From: an uncultured Candidatus Peribacteria bacterium
GTDB lineage: Bacteria; Patescibacteriota; Gracilibacteria; RBG-16-42-10
Assembly: GCA_964514565.1 (NCBI GenBank)
Contig: CAZERA010000001.1
Location: 1-64,000 of the forward strand
Reading direction: 5' to 3'
Length of the DNA stretch: 64,000 nucleotides
Shown here piece by piece: positions 18,942 through 28,581 of the stretch (its first letter is position 1; each line of letters opens with the position of its first letter). Made by a program: the position numbers and the translations under genes. The notes under the pieces were generated by a model, which did no database searches, had not been told where the DNA came from, and saw nothing but the letters and a program-made list of their open reading frames with translations.

Positions 18942-19307
18942 ATGTTTATATTTCAAAACTTTCCAGTTTATCAAAAAGCTGAGACGCTATATCAAGAAAT
19001 TGTACCTTATATAGCTCCTCAAAAAGTACGAGATTACTTAAAAGATCAACTTGAACGAGCACTCTCTAGTATTGTTTTAAATATTGCTGAAGGTAGTGGG
19101 AAAGTCAGTCGGAAGGATAAGAAAAACTTTTATGTTATTGCTCGAGGCTCTTGTCATGAATGTGCAGCTATTCTCAATTTATTACGATGCCACCAGCTTG
19201 ATTTAGTAAGACTTGATCATTGGTCAGCAGAGTTAGTTGTGATTGGAAAAATGCTCAGTGGTATTATTAAAAGTCTCGAAAAACCAAAGGAACAATCCGG
19301 GAATTGA
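18942..19307 (+). CDS. Four-helix bundle protein (23S rRNA IVP/bAvd-like family)
   Basis: F....VYQKA, L.DQL.RA..SI.LNIAEG.G, F..IARGS..EC motifs. Confidence 0.9.
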   Translation: MFIFQNFPVYQKAETLYQEIVPYIAPQKVRDYLKDQLERALSSIVLNIAEGSGKVSRKDKKNFYVIARGSCHECAAILNLLRCHQLDLVRLDHWSAELVVIGKMLSGIIKSLEKPKEQSGN

Positions 19308-19312
19308 AGTGA

Positions 19313-19339
19313 AACCAACGAGGCTAACCGCACCATTTT
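19313..19339 (+). repeat. 27-bp direct repeat, copy 1
   Basis: AACCAACGAGGCTAACCGCACCATTTT; 25/27 identical to 21006-21032. Confidence 0.8.
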
Positions 19340-19394
19340 TAGTTAGATTCAATAGTTTCCTTGTGATATACTACTAAGATTACTATATTTAAGT

Positions 19395-20843
19395 ATGCCC
19401 TTAGATTCATGGTTGGAGCGTGATAAAAAGAACGAAAGACTTGATCAATCTAACGAGCCTGATCAGACTCGAAGAGATTTCTTAAGGATTATGGGAGTAG
19501 GAGCACTTGCAGCTATTGGCGTTACTAATGATTTGGCAAAACTTAAGCAAGCACAAATAGCTGAACGACACATACATCGTCAAAGAACCACACCACTTCC
19601 AATCCTTATTGAGGCAAATGATACTGCTCGCGAAAGAGTGCGAATTATGCCAGGAGTACCGACTTTTAGCCGTTTACGAGAAGCGGGTGTATTTAATAAT
19701 CCTCGCAGCTTCACACCTGGATTGTCTGCTCCACGAGTTGAGGGTATTGATTCTATTACTGATAGACCATATGACAGTGTCGAATGGGCTATCACAGCAA
19801 GTTCAGAAGCTTTAACTGAAATTGGCGTAAAATTAGCAGATACCCCTCAAACAGCAGAACTATTACAAAAACCCGAGGTTAGAATCCTCTGTCCTGCTGC
19901 AGGAGTTTTACTTTCTCCTCTGGAAATTGCCTTTCAGCTTGCAGAAAGGTCAAGTGCGCTTCAAAGAGTACATTTTACCTGTACCGAGGTAGACGATGAT
20001 ACTTACAAAGTAATTGACTCCTATATAAGAAGAACGGTAGCAGTCTGTAGCAACACCCAAAATTTTTCTGTAAGAGAAGAAGAGCATCCAGAAATATCTA
20101 CAGATCCAAGGTCTTCAGCAAAAAAGAAGTCAATGAGTTTCACTTATACTAATTCAGCCGGTAGAAACATTACTGTCGCTATAGACTTCGAATTAAAAAT
20201 GAGTGGCGATCATTATTTTCGGGCAGAAGCAGCTAAGCAAGCTGACATTTATTTACTGCATGATATGGATCGCACCTCTCATGCGGGTGATTTCCCTCAA
20301 ACAAAAGAAGCTGGAGATATATACACACTTCTAACAGATACGCCTATAACCAGCCTCTCAGAGAAAAAGCACTTTTGCATAATGAACCAAGTTGCATGTG
20401 GATGGCATCATGATGCACCGATGGTTGCAGAAGAAGGCGTGGGAACTATCGTAAATACTGTAAGAGGTAAGCCATTTGGCTGTGGCCAAAATCATCTTGA
20501 TCATGACAATATCCTTGCGCATCCCCATCTCGAAAATGCAGTAGTAAATATCATAGAATTAGATAGTGAATTAATTACTTATCTTCATCAACATTGGAAT
20601 AATGGAATGCTAAGAGCATATACACTTCTTACCAATCCAGATGCTTTATCTGACGCAATATCTGATGATCAAGAGGGGAGACTAAGAATGTTGCGACAAC
20701 AATTTGTAACTAAAGTAAGGACATTAAGAAACCCTAGAATAAAAAATACTATCAGAGCAATTGCAGTCAAAGGACTTCAACACCTCAGAGAGGATAGAAC
20801 AAGAAGAGCATTTTATCAGGCAGTAATACAAGCTACTCACTAA
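19395..20843 (+). CDS. Hypothetical protein with twin-arginine-like N-terminus and possible Rossmann/SAM-binding-like core
   Basis: TRRDFL followed by hydrophobic stretch; VRILCPAAG...FTCTEVD resembles methyltransferase motifs I/II. Confidence 0.45.
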   Translation: MPLDSWLERDKKNERLDQSNEPDQTRRDFLRIMGVGALAAIGVTNDLAKLKQAQIAERHIHRQRTTPLPILIEANDTARERVRIMPGVPTFSRLREAGVFNNPRSFTPGLSAPRVEGIDSITDRPYDSVEWAITASSEALTEIGVKLADTPQTAELLQKPEVRILCPAAGVLLSPLEIAFQLAERSSALQRVHFTCTEVDDDTYKVIDSYIRRTVAVCSNTQNFSVREEEHPEISTDPRSSAKKKSMSFTYTNSAGRNITVAIDFELKMSGDHYFRAEAAKQADIYLLHDMDRTSHAGDFPQTKEAGDIYTLLTDTPITSLSEKKHFCIMNQVACGWHHDAPMVAEEGVGTIVNTVRGKPFGCGQNHLDHDNILAHPHLENAVVNIIELDSELITYLHQHWNNGMLRAYTLLTNPDALSDAISDDQEGRLRMLRQQFVTKVRTLRNPRIKNTIRAIAVKGLQHLREDRTRRAFYQAVIQATH

Positions 20844-21005
20844 ATTCTAACCACTCCCAGCTCTTACTAGCTAACTTACTTGAATTAAGTAAGTATACTT
20901 ACAGCTCTCTCTATCAATTCAATCTTAACAATAGACTGTAAGCCTCTTGCGGTTGGCAGCATAAGACACTTTTTATTGAACAGAAGCTGGATTTGAAACG
21001 GAGTT

Positions 21006-21032
21006 AACCAACGAGGATTACCGCACCATTTT
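21006..21032 (+). repeat. 27-bp direct repeat, copy 2
   Basis: AACCAACGAGGATTACCGCACCATTTT. Confidence 0.8.
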
Positions 21033-21136
21033 AAGGAAATAGCTAGAACTGATGTTTTATAATAACAGGCTTTTTCCCTGTATTAGTAATTAGAATCAGT
21101 TCAATATATTCTATCATTGTGTAAGTTCATTATTGT

Positions 21137-22258
21137 ATGCATTTTGATTTAATTTTAATTCCCGACACTCATTTGGGACAAGCTGGTCGTGAGTGGCGCT
21201 ATCAATTACTAACTGAAGTGATTGAACTAGCAACAGAGCATGGCGCGGAGATTTGCTTCTTAGGTGACACCATGGATCTCTCACAAGTCTCTACCAAAAA
21301 TGGAGCTTATCGCCGCATCCTACAACATCGTCACTTAACTGAAGCTATTCAAACGCATGTGAATACGGTACCAGCTCGAAACAACTTTGCCAGTAGTATT
21401 CATTGGATAAGAGGTAATCATGATGAAGTCATCACTAAAGGCCACTGGCAAGATATATGGCAGATTCCTGTGATCACACACGAAGGCTTTTTTATATTTG
21501 AAAGCCATAATGTTTTGGTACATCATGGTCATTTAATTACTTATCGCAAAGGTCCTCAGCCGAGTGATGTTTTGGATAAGCTAGAAACTCACATGAACAG
21601 TTTAGATAAAAAGCGTCATGAGAAACAATTGGAAACATTCAACCAATTTTTTACTAGTGATGAAACATTGACTGAAGCTTTAGAAGCTTGGGACCGCGAG
21701 ATATCTGTGCTGGGCATGGGATTAATTGAAATGGTTAGTAACTTAGGCCGGTGGATACAAAGATTGCCTGTCGGTAACAGTGATGAAATTACCAGTGTCT
21801 TTTTGGAAAAATGGGCATTGAATAAACTCAGGAGATATGATCAAAAAACCTTGAGCTCTTTAGCCATGCTTAATGAGCAACTAAAAAACAGCATCGGTAC
21901 TTTGGCAGAAGAAAAATTATTAGCACGGATTAGGGCAACTAAAAACAAGTTGTGGCAGTACCTATTACGCAAAGAAAGCTTGGTTGCTGAAGCAGCAGCA
22001 AAAACGCTTGGTGTACGAGCTACGGTTTCAGGTCATACTCATTATCCCACTTTGCACCGTTGGCCCTACCTAGATAAAACAAATAAGCTTCAGCATACAA
22101 TAGTAGGTAATGCTGGCAGTATCTATACTCATGCATACCGAGCTGGAGGCATCGGACCATCTTATATCGCAGTTGATACCACCAGCACTACGCATTTATT
22201 AGAATGGCAACCAAAGCGAAACTGGAAGATTATCAACTCAGAACGACTTACTGCGTAG
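21137..22258 (+). CDS. Calcineurin-like metallophosphoesterase with large helical insertion
   Basis: DTH, LGD, GNHD, HHGH, GHTH motifs in canonical order. Confidence 0.85.
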   Translation: MHFDLILIPDTHLGQAGREWRYQLLTEVIELATEHGAEICFLGDTMDLSQVSTKNGAYRRILQHRHLTEAIQTHVNTVPARNNFASSIHWIRGNHDEVITKGHWQDIWQIPVITHEGFFIFESHNVLVHHGHLITYRKGPQPSDVLDKLETHMNSLDKKRHEKQLETFNQFFTSDETLTEALEAWDREISVLGMGLIEMVSNLGRWIQRLPVGNSDEITSVFLEKWALNKLRRYDQKTLSSLAMLNEQLKNSIGTLAEEKLLARIRATKNKLWQYLLRKESLVAEAAAKTLGVRATVSGHTHYPTLHRWPYLDKTNKLQHTIVGNAGSIYTHAYRAGGIGPSYIAVDTTSTTHLLEWQPKRNWKIINSERLTA

Positions 22259-22340
22259 TTATGACCAGGTAGATTCTACTCCCACCTATGGTCAAGTGCA
22301 TGTCGAGAATAGAACGTGTAGTGATGCAAAGCTCTGAACC

Positions 22341-23009
22341 TTAGCTTCGAGATGCTCGCCTATTATTCCAAGTCTGAATCAGCTTATTTCTAGTGATAGC
22401 TAAATGTTTTCGATATGCTCTACGATACTGTTCATTATAAATGATTACACTCATATATCGACAACGATCCCAAAATACCCGATCACTACTGATATTGTCA
22501 TCCACAATCAACCATTCTGCTAAAGGCTCTATAGCGTTGTTAATTGCAGTTTTACTGGCAGAAGCATCATTGAAATCTTCTTCGCTCCAAAACAACCAAC
22601 CTTTCGCTTTTGAAGAATACAGCCAATCTCGCCCAGCTTTTTCTAATAAGTGTTCTAGTACCTCAATGGGCAATATTCCATCCAACTTTCCTTGCCGATC
22701 CGTAGGAGTGATCACTCGACGAAAATTAGTTCGTACCCGGTTCTGAATACTGTCCTCCAATTGATTCAATTCAAACAAAGCTTCGACTGGAAAGTGAGGA
22801 TGATCTAATAATGACTCTTGAACATCTACGCTACGAGCTTGTATCAATGGATCAGCAGCATTGTCCCAAAAAAGATCAAATCCACTAGCTCCGTAGAGAG
22901 TAGTCAAGAAAGCACGAGCATCTTTTTGAAAAAAATCAAAATGAGCTGGGCCAGTAGTCGGACCAGTAAGCTTCTTTTCCCAATCTAAGTAACGTAATAA
23001 TCTGCTCAT
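22341..23009 (-). CDS. Hypothetical protein, paralog of 23119-23874
   Basis: Shared motifs DW...L.G, RRV...TD..G.L..LPIEVL, EW, SVI..N, LI..WN. Confidence 0.6.
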   Translation of the reverse strand: MSRLLRYLDWEKKLTGPTTGPAHFDFFQKDARAFLTTLYGASGFDLFWDNAADPLIQARSVDVQESLLDHPHFPVEALFELNQLEDSIQNRVRTNFRRVITPTDRQGKLDGILPIEVLEHLLEKAGRDWLYSSKAKGWLFWSEEDFNDASASKTAINNAIEPLAEWLIVDDNISSDRVFWDRCRYMSVIIYNEQYRRAYRKHLAITRNKLIQTWNNRRASRS

Positions 23010-23118
23010 TTATAAATAATAGAATGAAGGATATAACACAAAAGCACACACCAGTAAACGTTGAGTACGTAAGCACTTTGTAGTGATGACGCTTAACGTA
23101 TGAGTTCAAAAGATTTTT

Positions 23119-23874
23119 TTAGTTTCGTGACTGACCAAGCTTGGCAGTTGGTATTATAATACCCTGATCTCGCCATTGTTCATCTCTATCGCTATTCCAA
23201 GAATCGATCAACTCTTTACGATCACGATTTATGACTTGGGTAAATTCGGTCAATAAATCTGCATTTTGGAGTATCACACTAATATCAAAGCATGTTTCAT
23301 TGGCAGTGCATTCTTCATTGAGATCAGTACATACCATCCATTCACTATAAAGATCCATCAAATCTTCCACACTTTTTCTATGTTCCTCTTCGGTTAGACT
23401 TTCTAAAGGATAAAGCTGTGTCTTACTAGTTTTAATAATTTCAACTAGTACTTCAATCGGAAGCAGTGTATGCAAATGCCCCTTGGCATCAGTGACAACA
23501 AGCACGCGTCGCAAATCAAGCCGCATTTGATGACGTTCAGCGTCAACTAGTGCTTCAAAGGCGTTGTATGCATCCAAGGGAAACCCTGGCGTAATCAGTT
23601 GTTCCTCTGCAGCAGCATGTAGCTCTGCCCTGTGCTCAGCCTCAGCCTGGAGAATATCAGAATCCGTAGATTGGTATACAAGGCTTGGTTTTGATTTTAA
23701 AGCTTCAGGATCAGGTTGACCATGACAGTTGTCGTAGGTATTAACGGCAATAAACGTATGAATAAATGTCCGAGCTTCTGTAGGTGAGAAAGATATATGA
23801 ACAGGAAAACCTAATGGTAGCCCGTTTAATCGTCGGTACCAATCAAAAACATTACTGATGTCTATTCCGTCCAT
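23119..23874 (-). CDS. Hypothetical protein, paralog of 22341-23009
   Basis: Same shared motifs as its neighbour. Confidence 0.6.
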   Translation of the reverse strand: MDGIDISNVFDWYRRLNGLPLGFPVHISFSPTEARTFIHTFIAVNTYDNCHGQPDPEALKSKPSLVYQSTDSDILQAEAEHRAELHAAAEEQLITPGFPLDAYNAFEALVDAERHQMRLDLRRVLVVTDAKGHLHTLLPIEVLVEIIKTSKTQLYPLESLTEEEHRKSVEDLMDLYSEWMVCTDLNEECTANETCFDISVILQNADLLTEFTQVINRDRKELIDSWNSDRDEQWRDQGIIIPTAKLGQSRN

Positions 23875-24048
23875 AATATAAAAACAGAGTGCGTTACTCT
23901 AATCCCAGTTTCACTTCAAAGCAAACATATGCTAGCTATGCCTTCTACAACTTGTAGAGTAATTGGTACTTATCAGAAATGGCAAGAAAGAAAAAAGCAA
24001 TAAATAGCTTCTATTTTTGAATAGAATAATACTGATCTTAGTTACGAG

Positions 24049-24831
24049 TCAGACCTTAAATTGCTGACAATACATGGGTAGTGATGCATCAAAGAAAAAG
24101 CCTCCAGGTTTCAACAACTTTCCAGCAAGACTTCTCGCATTTTTACAAACAAACGGGATCCGGCCATTGGGATACTGGCGTTGCATATCCAGTCGTGTTG
24201 GCACTATTGCTAGCTCTTGAGGCGACCAATTCCACCCATATTCAGGATTCGCCAATGCTGTAGTTACCAAATCAAAGCGCTCATTTCCATGTGCAGCCAA
24301 TATTAGAGCTGCTGCGTTTCTGGCATTCAAATCACACACAACATGACAGCTCTCATCCTCTGCTACAAAAGTAGTGCTCAGTGACTCAAACTTGTCTACC
24401 CCAACCACATCTGCTGTATATACCTTAGCCCCCATGGTCCTAGCTGTCCTAGCAAAAGCTGGACTAGTACCACACCCCAAATCCAAAGCACTCTGACCAT
24501 TCAAGACACTTTTGGTAACTGCAATATTTACTAAAGCCTTGCTTGCACTTGGAGACATCGCTCTACGAGTAGCATCATCCTCAGAAAAAAATGCCGTTAC
24601 CAGTTTCCTGATATCCGCAGTAGCACCTCTCTCTGCCATAGTCAGAGCAAATGCCAGCTGACGCAAAGCAAATCCCGAAAGAAACCGGTGATCTTCTCTG
24701 CTTGTATCAATACCCACCAACTCACGATCAATACATTCCCAGGGAGAAACCACCTGTCCCATCCCAGAAAGCAACCTATAAATCTGATCACTCAGTACAT
24801 ACCGTTCATCAAAAGCAGATCGAACAAACAT
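24049..24831 (-). CDS. Class I SAM-dependent methyltransferase-like protein
   Basis: ALDLGCG, VYTAD, FDLV, LLKPGG motifs. Confidence 0.75.
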   Translation of the reverse strand: MFVRSAFDERYVLSDQIYRLLSGMGQVVSPWECIDRELVGIDTSREDHRFLSGFALRQLAFALTMAERGATADIRKLVTAFFSEDDATRRAMSPSASKALVNIAVTKSVLNGQSALDLGCGTSPAFARTARTMGAKVYTADVVGVDKFESLSTTFVAEDESCHVVCDLNARNAAALILAAHGNERFDLVTTALANPEYGWNWSPQELAIVPTRLDMQRQYPNGRIPFVCKNARSLAGKLLKPGGFFFDASLPMYCQQFKV

Positions 24832-24875
24832 ACAAAAGAAACAAAGGTAGTAGTATACAATTATTTCCCTTTAGC

Positions 24876-25076
24876 TCAAGATCCTGCCTTTTCTCTCTCC
24901 AAGAAGATCACGATCTCATCACGCTTACCACCAAAACCTGGGAATTCATTCCTTCCTACTGCTTTTAATTCCCATCCTTGTTCAGCATAACCATTGAGTA
25001 CCGTCTCAATCTTTTGGGTATCAAAATTATTACCAAAAAAACCTTCCTTGTCAGTCAAAACTTTGTATTCTTTCAT
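24876..25076 (-). CDS. DUF4177 family small protein
   Basis: MKEYKV...LNGYAEQGWEL...IFLERE pattern. Confidence 0.8.
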   Translation of the reverse strand: MKEYKVLTDKEGFFGNNFDTQKIETVLNGYAEQGWELKAVGRNEFPGFGGKRDEIVIFLEREKAGS

Positions 25077-25105
25077 AAAGCATTAGTCATAGTGATAAAA
25101 ATAAT

Positions 25106-25702
25106 GTGCTCCATTTTATTACTATTATCAATAATGATCTGCTAAGCTTAGTTCAAAGATTGGTTAGTAACCGCCCCCATACTATGATCCAAGAATTACA
25201 TCCAAAGCTAAGCATCAAAGTAGTTTTCTTAAAAAGCTGGTGGCTACTAATCGTGACCGCTATTTGGATCAGTATCATCATGGGCGATATATCCGAGCAA
25301 CCAACTCCCCTTTCATGGGCACAAATATCTTTGCTATTGAGGCACAACGCCTGGTTTCTGCTCTTGGGTAGCACTATTACTTTTGTGATGTTGATTTTAA
25401 TTTATTTGGACCTTACCGCTTATCTTCAGATTGAGGATGGTATTTTAGAAAGACGGTGGAGCTGGAAAAGAGGTGGTAAATCAAACCAAGTCAAATTAAG
25501 TGATATGCAAAAATGTACTATCGAGAGAGATGTGTTGAGTGTCGGACGTGGTATAAAAGACTTCTATGGCTTTGTCTTTGAACCTAAAAAACCACAGCCA
25601 TTTTGGGAAGAACCAAGAATAGAGATGCCTGAAGGAGTAGCATCAATTGATCAAGAAAAGTTCTTGACTGCTATCCGAGCTGAGATGAGGCACAACAAAT
25701 AG
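25106..25702 (+). CDS. Two-TM membrane protein with possible PH-like C-terminal domain
   Basis: Two hydrophobic helices followed by a beta-rich region; exact start uncertain. Confidence 0.45.
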   Translation: MLHFITIINNDLLSLVQRLVSNRPHTMIQELHPKLSIKVVFLKSWWLLIVTAIWISIIMGDISEQPTPLSWAQISLLLRHNAWFLLLGSTITFVMLILIYLDLTAYLQIEDGILERRWSWKRGGKSNQVKLSDMQKCTIERDVLSVGRGIKDFYGFVFEPKKPQPFWEEPRIEMPEGVASIDQEKFLTAIRAEMRHNK

Positions 25703-25703
25703 C

Positions 25704-26369
25704 TTAGGACTGCTGCAGGATGCTAGCGACTCTAGCAATCGCTTTGTGAATGTTTCTCATTCCCAGTCCCACTGGATAATAAGTAGGATAGACATTAAAA
25801 ATCTTGTCATTCCACTGCAGTTGCTCAGACTGACAATCCAGATACTGCGAGACAGATACTTTTTTCTGTAAGAAAATACTGCTCACTTGATTACCAAAAG
25901 TAACGATATGCTTTGGCTGCAATGCCGCCACCTCAGCATACGTGTGCTCCAAATACGCTTGTAAGACTTTATCTGGCAAAGCGCGTGCATCCAACTGGGA
26001 GCACTTACCCAAGTTGGTAATATAAACCTTTTTATCAGCCAAGGATTGATAAAGCGATACTACAAAATCAGCAGTCCAATCATGCGGTCTCATTGCTTGG
26101 ATTCTGTCAAAAGTAGCTTGTTCAACCAGATGTAGAGCAAATAATAACTTCCAAATATTCTTAGTACCAACCCAAGGCGCTCTCAATCCATTCCACTCCG
26201 CGCTAGTCGATATATTTTTAGCAGTGGGGTTCATGAACACAAAACAAACCTTCGGATTACCAACGCAGCCAGCACCATAGGCTGGTAACAAACTCTTGTC
26301 TCCATGCAACAATTGTAAATCATTGAGGATCGGGAAAAATTGGGTAAGTTGTAAGGTATTCATAGGCAA
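25704..26369 (-). CDS. Uracil-DNA glycosylase superfamily protein
   Basis: P.VCFVFMNPT, APWVG, VYITNL.KC, P.HIVTFG, PTYYP motifs. Confidence 0.7.
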   Translation of the reverse strand: MPMNTLQLTQFFPILNDLQLLHGDKSLLPAYGAGCVGNPKVCFVFMNPTAKNISTSAEWNGLRAPWVGTKNIWKLLFALHLVEQATFDRIQAMRPHDWTADFVVSLYQSLADKKVYITNLGKCSQLDARALPDKVLQAYLEHTYAEVAALQPKHIVTFGNQVSSIFLQKKVSVSQYLDCQSEQLQWNDKIFNVYPTYYPVGLGMRNIHKAIARVASILQQS

Positions 26370-26536
26370 TCAATCAGCAAGAAAAATGTATCATATCTAA
26401 TACTATCCCCTAATTTATCTCGATCGACTACTTACTTCCAAAAGTTTCACAATTTTTCCTGTATAGTAATTTCTGCGTATTGGTGAATTGATTGAAAATC
26501 AACAATCGACTTTTAATATTTTGTTAATCTCCTGTC

Positions 26537-28015
26537 ATGAAGGCTCTGCTCAAACAATACTTTGGTTATGACCAGTTTCGTCCGCTCCAAGAAGAGATCA
26601 TCAACCATGTCGTAGCTCAAAACGACTGTTTTGTTTTGATGCCTACTGGTGGTGGCAAATCACTATGCTATCAATTACCTGCTTTAAAGCTTCCAGGGAT
26701 GACTTTGGTCATTTCACCACTGATTGCCCTAATGAAGGATCAAGTCGATGCCCTGCGAGCTTGTGGAGTGCCAGCGGCCTATATTAATTCCAGCCTTACT
26801 CCCACAGAGTCTCGCGCAATTTTAGCCCAAGCCCGCGATAGAGAGCTCAAGATCCTCTATGTAGCACCAGAGCGCTTTAGTATTCCGGAGTTTCAGCTTT
26901 TTTTACAAACCCTGCAGATTAGTTTGATTGCTGTCGATGAAGCTCACTGTATCTCCGAGTGGGGACACAACTTTAGACCCGAGTATCGCAACCTCAGCTC
27001 ATTACGATCGCTCTTTCCAAACACCCCACTGATAGCCCTCACTGCCACAGCTACCCACAAAGTACGCGAAGACATTTTGAATCAATTGCAGTTACAACAA
27101 GCCCGCATCTTTGTCTCTAGCTTTGACCGCGAAAACCTACGCATTAGTGTAGTTGAGAAAAAACAAGCATTACCAAAATTGCTGCACTTGGTAGAAAAGT
27201 TTCGCCATGACTCCGTGATTATTTATTGTTTTTCTCGCAAAGAAACAGAAGAAATTGCTAGTAGTCTGGCTAGTCAGAAATTCAATGTAAAAGCCTATCA
27301 TGCCGGACTCGATGCAAGTGATAGAAACAAAATCCAAGAAGCTTTTACCAAAGATAAAGTAAATATCATTGTGGCCACTATTGCCTTTGGTATGGGTATT
27401 GATAAACCAGATGTGAGACTAGTAGTACACTTCACCTATCCCAAGACACTGGAAGGTTATTACCAAGAAATCGGCCGCGCCGGACGTGACGGCTTACCTA
27501 GTGAATGTGTGATGTTTTATACCTATGCTGATACTCGCAAGCACGAATTCTTTATCAATCAAATTGATGATGCTCAACTCAAGTACCTGGCCAAAGACAA
27601 GCTCAATATGGTCAGTAACTTTGCCAAACTGACCACTTGCCGTAAACGTTACTTGCTCAAATATTTTGGTGAAGACATGACTGTACAAAATTGTGGTAGC
27701 TGTGATATTTGTGCTCCCCAAAAAGAAACATTTCAAGCCAGCTCTCCCCTACGAATTAGGAACAAAAAAGTATCATTCACGTATGACGAAGATCTTTTTG
27801 CTCGTCTCAAAGTAGTCAGAAAGTCACTAGCTACAGCAGCCAATGTGCCTGCATTCGTCATCTTTGGCGACAAAGCATTACAAGAAATGGCTTATTATTT
27901 ACCACAAGACTTAGCCAGCTTCGCCAAAATCAATGGTGTAGGTAGCAAGAAATTAGAACAATTTGGCCAAGTATTCTTACAAACTATTCTCAATTTCACC
28001 AAACAAAAAAGCTAA
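26537..28015 (+). CDS. recQ: RecQ DNA helicase (helicase + Zn-binding + HRDC, short)
   Basis: MPTGGGKSLCYQ, DEAHCISEWGH, ATIAFGMGIDK, QEIGRAGRDG, CGSCDIC, HRDC. Confidence 0.93.
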   Translation: MKALLKQYFGYDQFRPLQEEIINHVVAQNDCFVLMPTGGGKSLCYQLPALKLPGMTLVISPLIALMKDQVDALRACGVPAAYINSSLTPTESRAILAQARDRELKILYVAPERFSIPEFQLFLQTLQISLIAVDEAHCISEWGHNFRPEYRNLSSLRSLFPNTPLIALTATATHKVREDILNQLQLQQARIFVSSFDRENLRISVVEKKQALPKLLHLVEKFRHDSVIIYCFSRKETEEIASSLASQKFNVKAYHAGLDASDRNKIQEAFTKDKVNIIVATIAFGMGIDKPDVRLVVHFTYPKTLEGYYQEIGRAGRDGLPSECVMFYTYADTRKHEFFINQIDDAQLKYLAKDKLNMVSNFAKLTTCRKRYLLKYFGEDMTVQNCGSCDICAPQKETFQASSPLRIRNKKVSFTYDEDLFARLKVVRKSLATAANVPAFVIFGDKALQEMAYYLPQDLASFAKINGVGSKKLEQFGQVFLQTILNFTKQKS

Positions 28016-28458
28016 ATAGCCAAAACAATAAGCTGTGTCACCTTGATGAGGTCAGCGAGAGTAATCATTATTTCCTGCCCAGGCTCTCCACTACTAATAG
28101 CGACATTTTGATAATTTGCGGCAGCTTTAGCTAGAAAGACTCGCACAGGATTTTTAAGTAAAAAAGGACAGGTATACCCTACTTTGTAACCAGTAGTAGC
28201 AAACACTTCATCCGATGTAGCCATTCGTGCTTTTTTAACTTGAAAATAATTAGCCATCGCCAGCATATCCAAACGTTGCGTGAGCGGCACCAGGATCATC
28301 ACAAACTCATCGCCAGCCTTGATGAGCAATGACTTGAGCATTTGATCTTGTTCAATCCCCAAATAGTCAGCGGCTTCAGCTGGTGTAGTGATAGTGGTGG
28401 GATAGACTAAGATCTGATAAGAAACATTGATGGAATCAAACCAAGCTAATGCGTTCAT
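28012..28458 (-). CDS. YbaK/EbsC aminoacyl-tRNA deacylase family protein
   Basis: EAADYLG, KSLL, ATTGYKVG..CPF, ISSG motifs. Confidence 0.85.
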   Translation of the reverse strand: MNALAWFDSINVSYQILVYPTTITTPAEAADYLGIEQDQMLKSLLIKAGDEFVMILVPLTQRLDMLAMANYFQVKKARMATSDEVFATTGYKVGYTCPFLLKNPVRVFLAKAAANYQNVAISSGEPGQEIMITLADLIKVTQLIVLAI

Positions 28459-28581
28459 AAAACAAACTTTACTTACTCTACACTATACAGGTCTAGAAAC
28501 TGACGTAAATCCAAACTTGATCAACAGCAGCATTCCCACTAGAGAATGATTTGATTACAATACACTTGTATAAGTACTTTT

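Noticed and set aside
18942..19307. Diversity-generating retroelement suggested by the Avd-like protein
   Set aside because: No reverse transcriptase and no TR/VR pair with adenine-specific mismatches visible in the window
19313..21032. CRISPR array from the 27-bp direct repeats
   Set aside because: Only two copies, 1.7 kb apart, and no cas genes
18800..26400. Integron or prophage downstream of ssrA
   Set aside because: No integrase, phage genes, convincing attC (RYYYAAC...GTTRRRY) structure or duplicated ssrA 3' end seen; gene orientations are mixed
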